NCBI GenBank assembly: GCA_021801615.1
Contig: JAJYXS010000099.1
Span: 1 to 30,610 of the forward strand
DNA length: 30,610 nt
Direction: 5' to 3'
Source: Actinomycetes bacterium
GTDB lineage: Bacteria; Actinomycetota; Acidimicrobiia; Acidimicrobiales; RAAP-2
Under the pieces are notes generated by a model. It searched no databases. It saw only the letters and a program-made list of their open reading frames with translations, and was not told the origin of the DNA. Made by a program: the position numbers and the translations under genes. Shown here piece by piece: positions 19,709 through 27,320 of this stretch. Position 1 is the first letter of the stretch, and every line of letters starts with the position of its first letter.

Positions 19709-20758
19709 ATGAGCGAGCCGGAGGAGCCCCGCGCCGCCGGCGACGAAGATGACTCCGTGACCGCGGGCGGCGCAGGCGGCGCGGGCGGCGGGACACGGGA
19801 CGGGCACCGCGCGGCGGTCGCGCTCCTGCCTGCGGTGCGCGCCGACGACCCTCACCTGGCCGACGCGGCGCGCCACCCGCGACGTGTGGAGGCGATCGTC
19901 GGCCTGTGCTTCCTCGTCGGCATCGCGGGGGTCGCCGCCTTCGGGGGCGCGTTCGTCGAGAACGCGGACACCCAGGTCCTCGCCGGGACGCTCTTCGTCG
20001 GGCTCTTCTTCCTCGGCTTCGGGCTCACGGCGTGGGGCAAGTACCTCATGCCCCAGGGGCCCTTCGTCGAGGAGCGCCACCCGCTCGAGTCCAGCGCACG
20101 CGATCGCCAGGCGATGGCGGCCGCGCTCGTGGAGCGCACGGGCATCGTCGTCAAGCGCCGCAAGCTCCTCGGCGGCCTCCTCGCGACGGGGCTCGGGATC
20201 TTCGGCATCGTGGCGGCCTTCCCGCTGTTGCGCTCCCTCGGTCCGAAGCCGGGGTCGACCCTGTTCAAGACGAACTGGAAGAAGGGGTCGCTCCTCGTCG
20301 ACTACTACGGCAAGCCGGTCCACCGCACAGACATGCAGGTAGGCGGCCTGCTCACGGTCTTCCCGGAGGGCAAGGAGTCGACACTGACAGCCCAGGCCGT
20401 CGACCAGGCGGTGCTCATCCGCGTCCAGTCGACCACGCTCGTCACGATGAAAGGACGCGGCGACTGGTCGCCCGACGGCTACGTCTGCTACTCGAAGGTC
20501 TGCACCCACCTCGGCTGTCCCGTCGGCCTGTACGAGCAGGAGCTCGAGCTGCTCGTCTGCCCGTGCCACCAGTCCATGTTCGACGTGCGCGACGGCGCGT
20601 TCCCGGTGTTCGGCCCCGCTCCCCGACCCCTCCCGCAGCTGCCGATCTACGTCGACTCCGAAGGGTTCCTGCGCGCCAGGGAGGGTTTCGACCAGCCGGT
20701 CGGCCCCGGCTTCTGGGAGCGCACCACAGAGGGCAACGGGAAGGCGAGCGCCACATGA
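19709..20758 (+). CDS. qcrA: cytochrome bc1 Rieske iron-sulfur subunit (actinobacterial 3-TM type)
   Basis: ATG at 19709 after GAGGAG. YSKVCTHLGCP, CPCHQS, FGPAPRPLPQL; KRRKLL twin-arginine motif before the third TM. Confidence 0.95.
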   Translation: MSEPEEPRAAGDEDDSVTAGGAGGAGGGTRDGHRAAVALLPAVRADDPHLADAARHPRRVEAIVGLCFLVGIAGVAAFGGAFVENADTQVLAGTLFVGLFFLGFGLTAWGKYLMPQGPFVEERHPLESSARDRQAMAAALVERTGIVVKRRKLLGGLLATGLGIFGIVAAFPLLRSLGPKPGSTLFKTNWKKGSLLVDYYGKPVHRTDMQVGGLLTVFPEGKESTLTAQAVDQAVLIRVQSTTLVTMKGRGDWSPDGYVCYSKVCTHLGCPVGLYEQELELLVCPCHQSMFDVRDGAFPVFGPAPRPLPQLPIYVDSEGFLRAREGFDQPVGPGFWERTTEGNGKASAT

Positions 20759-20792
20759 CCGGCCCAGCGGACGACCCGACGGAGACGACCCG

Positions 20793-22364
20793 ATGGCGCT
20801 GACCGACTCCCAGCCGCGCACCCGCCGAGAGGCGAGGCGCAAGCTCGGCCCCTACGGCCGCGTCCAGCAGGCGATCAACGAGCTCGACGAGCGGGTCGGC
20901 ATCGCCAAGGGCGGGCGCTCCCTGCTCGACAAGATCTTCCCGGACCACTGGTCCTTCATGCTCGGCGAGATCGCGCTCTACTCCTTCGTCGTGCTCGTCG
21001 CGACCGGGATCTTCCTCACCTTGTACTACGTGCCCTCGAGCGCCCAGGTCGTCTACCACGGCGTCTACAAGCCGCTCGACGGCCAGCGCATGTCCGAAGC
21101 CTACGAGTCGACGATCGACATCTCCTTCGCGGTGCGCGCCGGGCTGCTCATGCGCCAGGTCCACCACTGGGCTGCGGACGTCTTCGTCGGCTCGATCGTG
21201 GTCCACATGGCCCGGATCTTCTTCACCGGCGCCTTCCGAAAGCCGCGCGAGCTGAACTGGACCATCGGGATCACGCTCCTCATCCTCGCGATCCTGAACG
21301 GCTTCATCGGCTACTCGCTCCCCGACGACCTCATCTCGGGCACCGGCATCCGGATCGCGTACTCGATCCTTCTCTCGATCCCCTTCGTCGGCACCTACCT
21401 TGCGTTCTTCCTCTTCGGGGGCGCCTATCCGGGGCACATCATCTTGGAGCGCTTCTACATCGTCCATGTGCTGATCCTGCCGCTCATCATCATCGGGCTC
21501 ATCGGCGCGCACCTCGGCCTGCTCGTCCGCCAGAAGCACACCCAGTTCCCCGGACGGGGCCGGACGGAGCACAACGTCGTCGGCTCGCCGCTCTTCCCGC
21601 AGTTCGCCGCGAAGACGACCGGCTTCATGCTCATGGTCACCGGTGTCCTCGGCGTGCTCGGCGGCTTCGCACAGATCAACCCCATCTGGCAATTCGGGCC
21701 GTACGAGCCGACCAAGATCTCCTACGCCGTCCAGCCCGACTGGTACATGGGGTTCCTCGACGGCGCATTGCGCATCATGCCCTCCTGGGAGTTCACGGCC
21801 TGGGGGCACACGATCCCCTGGGAGGTGTTCCTGCCGGCGGTCGTCTTCCCGGGGCTCATCTTCAACATCTGCCTCGCGTGGCCGATGATCGAGCGGCGCT
21901 TCACGGGCGACTACGAGATCCACAACCTTCTCGACCGCCCCCGTGACCGACCCAAGCGGACCGCGGCGGGCGCAGCGATGATCGCGCTCCTCTTCACCGT
22001 CTTCGCCGCGAGCTCCACCGACGTGCTGGCGAACTACTTCCACCTCTCGCTGAACGCGGTGCTGTGGTTCTTCAGGATCGCGGTGGTGGTGGCGCCGATC
22101 CTCGCGGGACTGGTCACCTGGAGGGTCTGCATCGAGATGCAGCGCGTGCCGGGGGCGGTGCAGCGCAAGCGGGCCATGATCGTGTCGCGGACCCCGGAGG
22201 GTGAGTACGTGGCCGTCCCGGCGGAGCCACGGCCGGGTGACGAGCAGCTCGAGCTGGAGCCGGAGCCGGTCCCGCTGCGCATCGAGCTCGAGCCCGAGCC
22301 GGTCGGCGCATCGGCGACCACCGCGCCCACCGACGAGCCGGGCGTGCGGCGCGTCACCAGGTAG
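20793..22364 (+). CDS. qcrB: cytochrome bc1 cytochrome b subunit
   Basis: FPDHWSFMLGEIALYSF, RQVHHWAA, HMARIFFTGAFRKPRELNW, GYSLPDDL, QPDWY (actinobacterial PEWY variant). Confidence 0.97.
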   Translation: MALTDSQPRTRREARRKLGPYGRVQQAINELDERVGIAKGGRSLLDKIFPDHWSFMLGEIALYSFVVLVATGIFLTLYYVPSSAQVVYHGVYKPLDGQRMSEAYESTIDISFAVRAGLLMRQVHHWAADVFVGSIVVHMARIFFTGAFRKPRELNWTIGITLLILAILNGFIGYSLPDDLISGTGIRIAYSILLSIPFVGTYLAFFLFGGAYPGHIILERFYIVHVLILPLIIIGLIGAHLGLLVRQKHTQFPGRGRTEHNVVGSPLFPQFAAKTTGFMLMVTGVLGVLGGFAQINPIWQFGPYEPTKISYAVQPDWYMGFLDGALRIMPSWEFTAWGHTIPWEVFLPAVVFPGLIFNICLAWPMIERRFTGDYEIHNLLDRPRDRPKRTAAGAAMIALLFTVFAASSTDVLANYFHLSLNAVLWFFRIAVVVAPILAGLVTWRVCIEMQRVPGAVQRKRAMIVSRTPEGEYVAVPAEPRPGDEQLELEPEPVPLRIELEPEPVGASATTAPTDEPGVRRVTR

Positions 22365-22388
22365 CCCCGGGGCCCGGGTGAAGACCAC

Positions 22389-23090
22389 GTGGCGACAGCC
22401 GACCCGCTGACCGCAGCGCTGTCGGCGTTCGCCCGGACGCTCGCCCGAGGCTACGAGATCACCGACGTCCTCTACGACCTGGCCGAGCAGGTCGTCCAGG
22501 TCCTCGGCCTGGTGAGCGCCAGCGTGTCGCTCGCCCAGGACGGCACGATGCGCCATGTGGTCTCGCTCAACGATGTCGCGAGCGAGATCGAGGTGGTCCA
22601 GGAACGGCTCCAGCAGGGCCCCTGCGTCGACGCCTTCCGGACCGAGGAGCCGGTCACCGTCAGCGATCTTCGCGGCGAGCCCGAGCGGTGGCCGGAGCTG
22701 AGGATCGCAGCCCTGGAGGCGGGGGTCGTGGCGCTTGCCGGGATCCCCTGCCATGACGGCCACCAGGCGCTCGGGGCGCTGAACCTGTACGACACCGCGG
22801 TGCATCGGTGGTCGGCGGCGGAGCTGGAGCGCGCCCAGGTGCTGGCGGACATGGCGACGGGCTATCTCGTCAACGCGTCGCGGCTCCAACAGGCGCGCCG
22901 TGTCAACGAGCAGCTCCAGCGGGCGTTGGACAATCGGGTGGTGATCGAGCAGGCCAAGGGCATTCTTGCGGCCCACGACGGCATCTCGGTCGACCGGGCC
23001 TTCGACCGGCTCCGCGCGTACGCTCGCAGCCACCGGGCCACGATCCGTGCCGTCGCCGACGCGGTGGTGAACCTCGGCCTGCGGCTGTAG
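22389..23090 (+). CDS. GAF and ANTAR domain RNA-binding regulator
   Basis: GAF segment (QGPCVDAFRT, LGALNLY), a coiled coil, then ANTAR signature ALDNRVVIEQAKGILAA...DRAFDRLRAYARSH. Starts 24 bp after qcrB. Confidence 0.9.
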   Translation: MATADPLTAALSAFARTLARGYEITDVLYDLAEQVVQVLGLVSASVSLAQDGTMRHVVSLNDVASEIEVVQERLQQGPCVDAFRTEEPVTVSDLRGEPERWPELRIAALEAGVVALAGIPCHDGHQALGALNLYDTAVHRWSAAELERAQVLADMATGYLVNASRLQQARRVNEQLQRALDNRVVIEQAKGILAAHDGISVDRAFDRLRAYARSHRATIRAVADAVVNLGLRL

Positions 23091-23124
23091 GGAGCGGCAA
23101 GGACAGACCAAGACGAGCGTGCGC

Positions 23125-23153
23125 TTGGCCGCACGAAAGGGAGCGGTTATCCT
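23125..23153 (+). promoter_or_regulatory. sigma70/SigA-type promoter candidate
   Basis: TTGGCC (23125-23130), exactly 17 bp spacer, TATCCT (23148-23153). Confidence 0.6.
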
Positions 23154-23207
23154 CTCACCGGGGCCGTCGCCCCTCCACCCCTGACCCTGGTGGACCTCCG
23201 TCGCCCT

Positions 23208-23240
23208 TGCCCTCGGCGGCACGCGTGCTCATCGACGAGG
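23208..23240 (+). promoter_or_regulatory. candidate dual-hexaloop ANTAR-target RNA overlapping an SD
   Basis: UGCC-CUCGGC-GGCA, 6-nt linker, CUC-AUCGAC-GAG. Both loops are 6 nt with G4; only the second has A1. The 3' arm GAG(G) is the SD of ATG 23248. Stems are short. Confidence 0.35.
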
Positions 23241-23247
23241 CTGGACG

Positions 23248-23361
23248 ATGGACGAAGTGTTGCCGGGAGACGGCGTTGGGGGTGGTGCTTGGCGGGGACG
23301 TGCGGGGCCGCGCGCGCTGCAGTGTGCGGGGCGGACCAGGGGGCTCCGTGGCGCCCGATGA
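23248..23361 (+). CDS. putative 37-aa upstream ORF / leader peptide
   Basis: GAGG 7 nt before ATG; MDEVLPGDGVGGGAWRGRAGPRALQCAGRTRGLRGAR*. No recognisable homology. Confidence 0.25.
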   Translation: MDEVLPGDGVGGGAWRGRAGPRALQCAGRTRGLRGAR

Positions 23362-23369
23362 GGCCGGCA

Positions 23370-23391
23370 GGCCTCCTGCGGACAGGAGGCC
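23370..23391 (+). promoter_or_regulatory. SD-sequestering hairpin
   Basis: Perfect 9-bp stem GGCCTCCTG-CGGA-CAGGAGGCC whose 3' arm contains AGGAGG (23384-23389), upstream of ATG 23402. Confidence 0.55.
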
Positions 23392-23401
23392 CGGGCGGCC
23401 C

Positions 23402-23647
23402 ATGGCCGGTTCGGGACCTTCCTTGTGGCGTCTCGACGACCGCTCACCGGTCGTGACGGGTGCGTGGGCGGACCAGATCCCGCCCGGGCCTGCCGACGAC
23501 CTGGTCCGTCAGCTCTTCGCGGTGGGCCTCGCCCTCAGCTCGGCTGAGCAGCTGGTCGAGGGCACGCCCGCGGCGGACCTGATCGGGCTGGCGGCCGCGC
23601 GGCTGGACGAGATCATCCGCGCCCTGCGACGGGCCGAGTGGGAGTAG
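23402..23647 (+). CDS. 81-aa protein resembling an isolated HisKA_3 dimerisation helix pair lacking the phospho-His
   Basis: ADDLVRQLFAVGLAL...ARLDEIIRALR resembles DevS/DosT-type LHDxVIQRLFAxGLxL...LDxxIxxIR. AGGAGG lies upstream. Confidence 0.6.
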   Translation: MAGSGPSLWRLDDRSPVVTGAWADQIPPGPADDLVRQLFAVGLALSSAEQLVEGTPAADLIGLAAARLDEIIRALRRAEWE

Positions 23648-23699
23648 AGGGTCTTCACGAAGAGCCCTGCCACGGGCCGAGTGGGAGTAGAGGGTCTTC
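23621..23699 (+). repeat. 36-bp direct duplication of a gene 3' end (period 43)
   Basis: GCCCTGC(G/C)ACGGGCCGAGTGGGAGTAGAGGGTCTTC at 23621-23656 and 23664-23699, one mismatch, 7-bp gap. Confidence 0.95.
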
Positions 23700-23710
23700 C
23701 GCTGCGTGGG

Positions 23711-24148
23711 TCAGTGGCGGCCGCCGCGGCGGCTCTCTGCGGTGAAGCCGATGACCGCCGTGAGGATCACCGAGATGCCCACGAGCGCGAGCCACACGCC
23801 GAAGACGAAGGCGAGGAGGAAGGTGAAGGCGCCGACGCCGAACACGAACGGCCAGACGCTCGAACCGGGGAAGGAGCTGACCACGCCGGCGCCGTCGGCG
23901 ATCGTCGCGTCCGAACGGTCCTCGGGACGTGTGCCGACCACCCGGTCGGTCTTCCCCCAGAAGAAGTACTTGCTGCCCCGGAACCGCCGGTGCCAGAAGT
24001 AGTAGTAGCTGCCGGGGACGAAGCCGAGCGCGGTGACGCCGACGAGCATCATGGTCCCCCCGTCCTCGTACGAGGTGAACCAGTAGCAGATCGCGATGAT
24101 GCCGAAGATCATCCCGACGCCGAGCAGGAAGGAGGACTCGACCTTCAC
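23711..24148 (-). CDS. ctaF: cytochrome c oxidase subunit 4 (actinobacterial CtaF)
   Basis: MKVES..., [41 protein letters not shown]; GTG overlaps the ctaD stop. Confidence 0.9.
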   Translation of the reverse strand: MKVESSFLLGVGMIFGIIAICYWFTSYEDGGTMMLVGVTALGFVPGSYYYFWHRRFRGSKYFFWGKTDRVVGTRPEDRSDATIADGAGVVSSFPGSSVWPFVFGVGAFTFLLAFVFGVWLALVGISVILTAVIGFTAESRRGGRH

Positions 24149-25962
24149 GGCGCTGGCAGCTCCTGGGCGATGCCTGCCGCACCGTCACCGTGGCCAGGCG
24201 GTGCCCCGCCGTTGCCGCCGTAGGGGCCATGGCCGTTCGGGCCAGGTCCTGCCCCACCGCCGTGGCCGAGGCGGATCGCGGGCGCATCCGGGTGGTTGTA
24301 GTCCCACGTCGGCCGTTCCGAGCGGATCTGGGGAAGGTGCGTGTAGTTGTGGTGAGGGGGCGGCGACGTCGTGAACCACTCGAGCGTGTGGCCGTCCCAG
24401 GGGTTGTCGCCGGCGGGGACCGGGTAGCGCCAGGACACCCAGACGTTCACCAGCATGACCACGAAGGAGATGGCGATCATGAAGGCGCCGATCGTCGACG
24501 CCACGTTCCACGACTGCCAGCCGAGCCCGGCCGGGTAGCTCGCCACGCGGCGGGGCATGCCGCGCAGCCCGAGGACGTACATCGGCATGAACGTCACCCA
24601 GAAGCCCACGAACAGCAGCCAGAAGTGGACCTTGCCGAGCCGGTCGTTCAGCATCCGTCCGAACATCTTCGGGTACCAGTAGTAGAAGCCGGCGAAGCCC
24701 GCGAACACCGCGGTGCCGAACAGCACCTGGTGGAAGTGTGCGACGACGAAATAGGTTGTGTGCACGAAGAAATCGATTGGCGGTGAGGCGAGCATCACGC
24801 CCGTGACGCCACCCATCAAGAAGGCGAAGAGGAACCCGATCGACATCAGCATGGGCGTCGTGTAGACGATCTCACCCCTCCACATCGTGCCGATCCAGTT
24901 GAAGAACTTGATGCCGGTCGGCACGGCGATGAGGAGGCTCATGAGCGAGAAGAACGGCAGGAGCACCGTGCCGGTGGTGAACATGTGGTGGGCCCACACG
25001 CCGGTCGACAGGGCGGCGATGGCCATCGTCGCGAAGACCATCCCCTTGTAGCCGAAGACCGGCTTGCGCGAGAAGACCGGGAGGATCTCGGTCGCGATGC
25101 CGAAGAAGGGGAGGGCGAGGATGTAGACCTCCGGGTGGCCGAAGAACCAGAACAGGTTCTGCCAGAGCACGGCGGAGCCGCACGCGTGCAGGTCCAGCGC
25201 GCCCGTGACCGTATGGCATCCGGTGACCGCGTAGATCTTCGTCCCGAAGTGACGGTCGCAGAACAGCATGACCAACGCGGCGGTGAGCACCGGGAACGCG
25301 ATGAGGATGAGGATGCCCGTCACCATCATGTTCCAGGTGAAGATCGGCATCCGGAACATCGTCATGCCCGGGGCGCGCAGGTAGAAGATCGTCGAGACGA
25401 GGTTCACCGCGGTGAAGATCGCGGAGAACCCGGTCAGCACCAGTGCCATGATCCACAGGTCCTGGCCCATCCCCGGGGTGTAGGTCGACGTCGACAGCGG
25501 CGCGTAGGCGACCCAGCCGAAGTCCGCGGCGCCTCCGGCGACCAGAAAGCCCATCAGCATCATGATCGAGCCGCCGAGGTAGAGCCAGTAGCTGAGCGCG
25601 TTCAGCCTCGGGAACGCCATGTCCGGGGCGCCGATCTGGAGCGGGACGATGTAGTTCGCAAGGCCGCCGAAGGCGAAGGGCCCGGCGAACAGGTACAGCA
25701 TGATGCTGCCGTGCATCGTGAACAGCTCGTTGTACTGCTGGAACGAGATGAAGGTGCCGTGAGGTGTGACGAGCTGCACCCGGATGCCCATGGCGAGCAG
25801 GCCTGCGATGTAGAAGAGCACGATCGAGGTGATCATGTAGCTGAGCCCGATCACCTTGTGGTCGGTCGTCGTGATCCACTTCATGAGGCCGCTCGGGCCG
25901 TGCTCCTCGTGGACGGGGGCGTACTCGCCGCCGAGGACCTGCGGGACGATGACGTCGGTCAC
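24145..25962 (-). CDS. ctaD: cytochrome c oxidase subunit I (A1-type)
   Basis: GTG at 25962 overlaps the ctaC stop. [60 protein letters not shown]. Confidence 0.97.
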   Translation of the reverse strand: MTDVIVPQVLGGEYAPVHEEHGPSGLMKWITTTDHKVIGLSYMITSIVLFYIAGLLAMGIRVQLVTPHGTFISFQQYNELFTMHGSIMLYLFAGPFAFGGLANYIVPLQIGAPDMAFPRLNALSYWLYLGGSIMMLMGFLVAGGAADFGWVAYAPLSTSTYTPGMGQDLWIMALVLTGFSAIFTAVNLVSTIFYLRAPGMTMFRMPIFTWNMMVTGILILIAFPVLTAALVMLFCDRHFGTKIYAVTGCHTVTGALDLHACGSAVLWQNLFWFFGHPEVYILALPFFGIATEILPVFSRKPVFGYKGMVFATMAIAALSTGVWAHHMFTTGTVLLPFFSLMSLLIAVPTGIKFFNWIGTMWRGEIVYTTPMLMSIGFLFAFLMGGVTGVMLASPPIDFFVHTTYFVVAHFHQVLFGTAVFAGFAGFYYWYPKMFGRMLNDRLGKVHFWLLFVGFWVTFMPMYVLGLRGMPRRVASYPAGLGWQSWNVASTIGAFMIAISFVVMLVNVWVSWRYPVPAGDNPWDGHTLEWFTTSPPPHHNYTHLPQIRSERPTWDYNHPDAPAIRLGHGGGAGPGPNGHGPYGGNGGAPPGHGDGAAGIAQELPAP

Positions 25963-26894
25963 GAGACTGTGCCCCCTGTCGATGCGCTGAGCGTTGCGGA
26001 ACCCCGGGAGCCTCCAAGTGCAGGGCTGTGCGTCGCCGCCGCGCTCCCGAGCTCGTGCTTGCGGGCTGTCGCGATGGGGGTGCTCGGTGTCGACGAGCGG
26101 TGGGTGCGCAGCCAGGCGGTGAACTGCGCGGGCTTCACGACCCTCACCCGGAAACGCATCAAGGAGTGGTACAGGCCGCAGAAATTCGTGCACTGGCCTC
26201 GGAAGGTGCCCAGCGCGTGGAGGTTCAAGGTGAACTTGTTCGTGACGCCGGGTTGCGCGTACCGGCTGAAGTCGAACGCCGGGACGTAGAAGCCGTGGAC
26301 GACGTCCGCGGACCGCAGGTAGATGCGGACGGTCTGGCCCTGTGGGAGGACCATCTCGGGCTCCTGGAGCTCCACGCCCATCACTGTCACGTCCTGGTGT
26401 GTGTAGTGGAAGCGCCACCCCCACTGGAAGGCGGTCACGGTCACCGACCACTTGGGGGCGGGCAGCGCGTCGACGTTGTTCTCGGTCACGTAGGTGAACC
26501 CGAACAGGACGAGCACGATGGCGATCGGGAGCGCGGTGTAGACGATCTCGAGAAAGGTGTGGTACTGGGTCTGGCGGGGGATCGCGTCCGAGCGCCGACG
26601 GTACCGCAGGGCGGACCAGGCGATGAGCGCGAAGACGACGACGAAGATCACGAGCCCGGTGATGAAGAACCCTTGCCAGAGCTTGAGGGAGTCGTGTCCC
26701 TGGCTCGTGATCGGCTTGGTCGCGCCGAACGTGGGAAGGTTGCACCCCGCGAGGAGCAGCCCGCCGGCCAGCGTCACGACCGGCGCATGGAGCCGGGAGC
26801 GGCGCGAGCCCAGCTGGCGGCGCGGCCCTCGGGCGGCCGCGGCCACGTCGGGGCCAGGTGTGGTGGAGAGGTTGCCGGACGGCGACGGATCCAC
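25959..26894 (-). CDS. ctaC: cytochrome c oxidase subunit II (CuA; probable lipoprotein)
   Basis: LLLAG-C lipobox (Cys 26742-26744), two TM helices, [27 protein letters not shown]. Start uncertain: GTG at 26894 or 26846. Confidence 0.93.
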   Translation of the reverse strand: MDPSPSGNLSTTPGPDVAAAARGPRRQLGSRRSRLHAPVVTLAGGLLLAGCNLPTFGATKPITSQGHDSLKLWQGFFITGLVIFVVVFALIAWSALRYRRRSDAIPRQTQYHTFLEIVYTALPIAIVLVLFGFTYVTENNVDALPAPKWSVTVTAFQWGWRFHYTHQDVTVMGVELQEPEMVLPQGQTVRIYLRSADVVHGFYVPAFDFSRYAQPGVTNKFTLNLHALGTFRGQCTNFCGLYHSLMRFRVRVVKPAQFTAWLRTHRSSTPSTPIATARKHELGSAAATHSPALGGSRGSATLSASTGGTVS

Positions 26895-26902
26895 GAGCCG
26901 GG

Positions 26903-26908
26903 AGACTA
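26903..26908 (-). promoter_or_regulatory. -10 hexamer candidate for ctaC-ctaD-ctaF
   Basis: TAGTCT on the minus strand, 8 nt before in-frame GTG 26894 (possible near-leaderless start). Confidence 0.4.
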
Positions 26909-26991
26909 GCGAACCCGCCCGGGGAATTCGAAACGGCAGGTGACGACCCTGCGCACCGCAGGTGGTCGTCACCTGCGGTGGTCCTCGTGGC

Positions 26992-27186
26992 TCAGGATGC
27001 GGCCTTCTCGTCGGGTGCGGCGCTCGCCTCGTTGGCGGTCGCGCTCCCCTTCATCCCCTTCTCGAACTCGTGCCTGGCCGAGCCGAGGTTGCGGGCGAGC
27101 TTGGGGATCGCCGCACCCCCGAACAGGACGACGACGAGCACGAGGAGCACGACGAACAGGTCAGGGCCGAAGATGTCTGCCAGCAT
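26992..27186 (-). CDS. tatA: Tat translocase TatA/E subunit
   Basis: AAGGAGAG RBS; MLADIFGPDLFVVLLVLVVVLFG TM followed by amphipathic PKLARNLGSARHEFEKG; 64 aa. Confidence 0.9.
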   Translation of the reverse strand: MLADIFGPDLFVVLLVLVVVLFGGAAIPKLARNLGSARHEFEKGMKGSATANEASAAPDEKAAS

Positions 27187-27199
27187 CGATCTCTCCTTG

Positions 27200-27230
27200 C
27201 TGCTTCTGCGCTGCTTCTGCGCTGCTTCTA
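27200..27230 (+). repeat. 11-bp tandem repeat x3 in tatA leader
   Basis: CTGCTTCTGCG, CTGCTTCTGCG, CTGCTTCTA immediately upstream of the tatA RBS. Confidence 0.9.
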
Positions 27231-27257
27231 CGGGCTGCAGCCCGCGAGCCACCCTCA

Positions 27258-27263
27258 AGGCTA
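27258..27263 (-). promoter_or_regulatory. -10 hexamer candidate for tatA
   Basis: TAGCCT on the minus strand, between the 17-bp array and the tatA leader. Confidence 0.4.
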
Positions 27264-27320
27264 ACCCATCGCGGCCCTTGGGGGCACCGGATCTCGGAGG
27301 TCCTGCTCCCAAGGGCCTCC

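Noticed and set aside
20560-20590. QcrA CPCHQSMF (Phe for Tyr) and QcrB PDWY as novelties
   Set aside because: These are standard for menaquinol-oxidising actinobacterial bc1 complexes.
923-23222. Long antisense ORFs (e.g. 923..3316, 3819..5963, 7768..9804, 10066..13293, 15672..17786, 20442..23222)
   Set aside because: They mirror well-supported genes, have no motifs, and are expected from high-GC codon bias.
23190-23456. 88-aa ORF 23190..23456 as a gene
   Set aside because: No RBS or homology, and it overlaps better-supported elements in other frames.
23621-23699. attL/attR pair of an integrated element
   Set aside because: Only 7 bp separate the copies and there is no integrase in the window; kept only as a duplication.
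24145-26745. 866-aa CtaD with N-terminal extension
   Set aside because: The extension overlaps ctaC in another frame; GTG 25962 is coupled to the ctaC stop.
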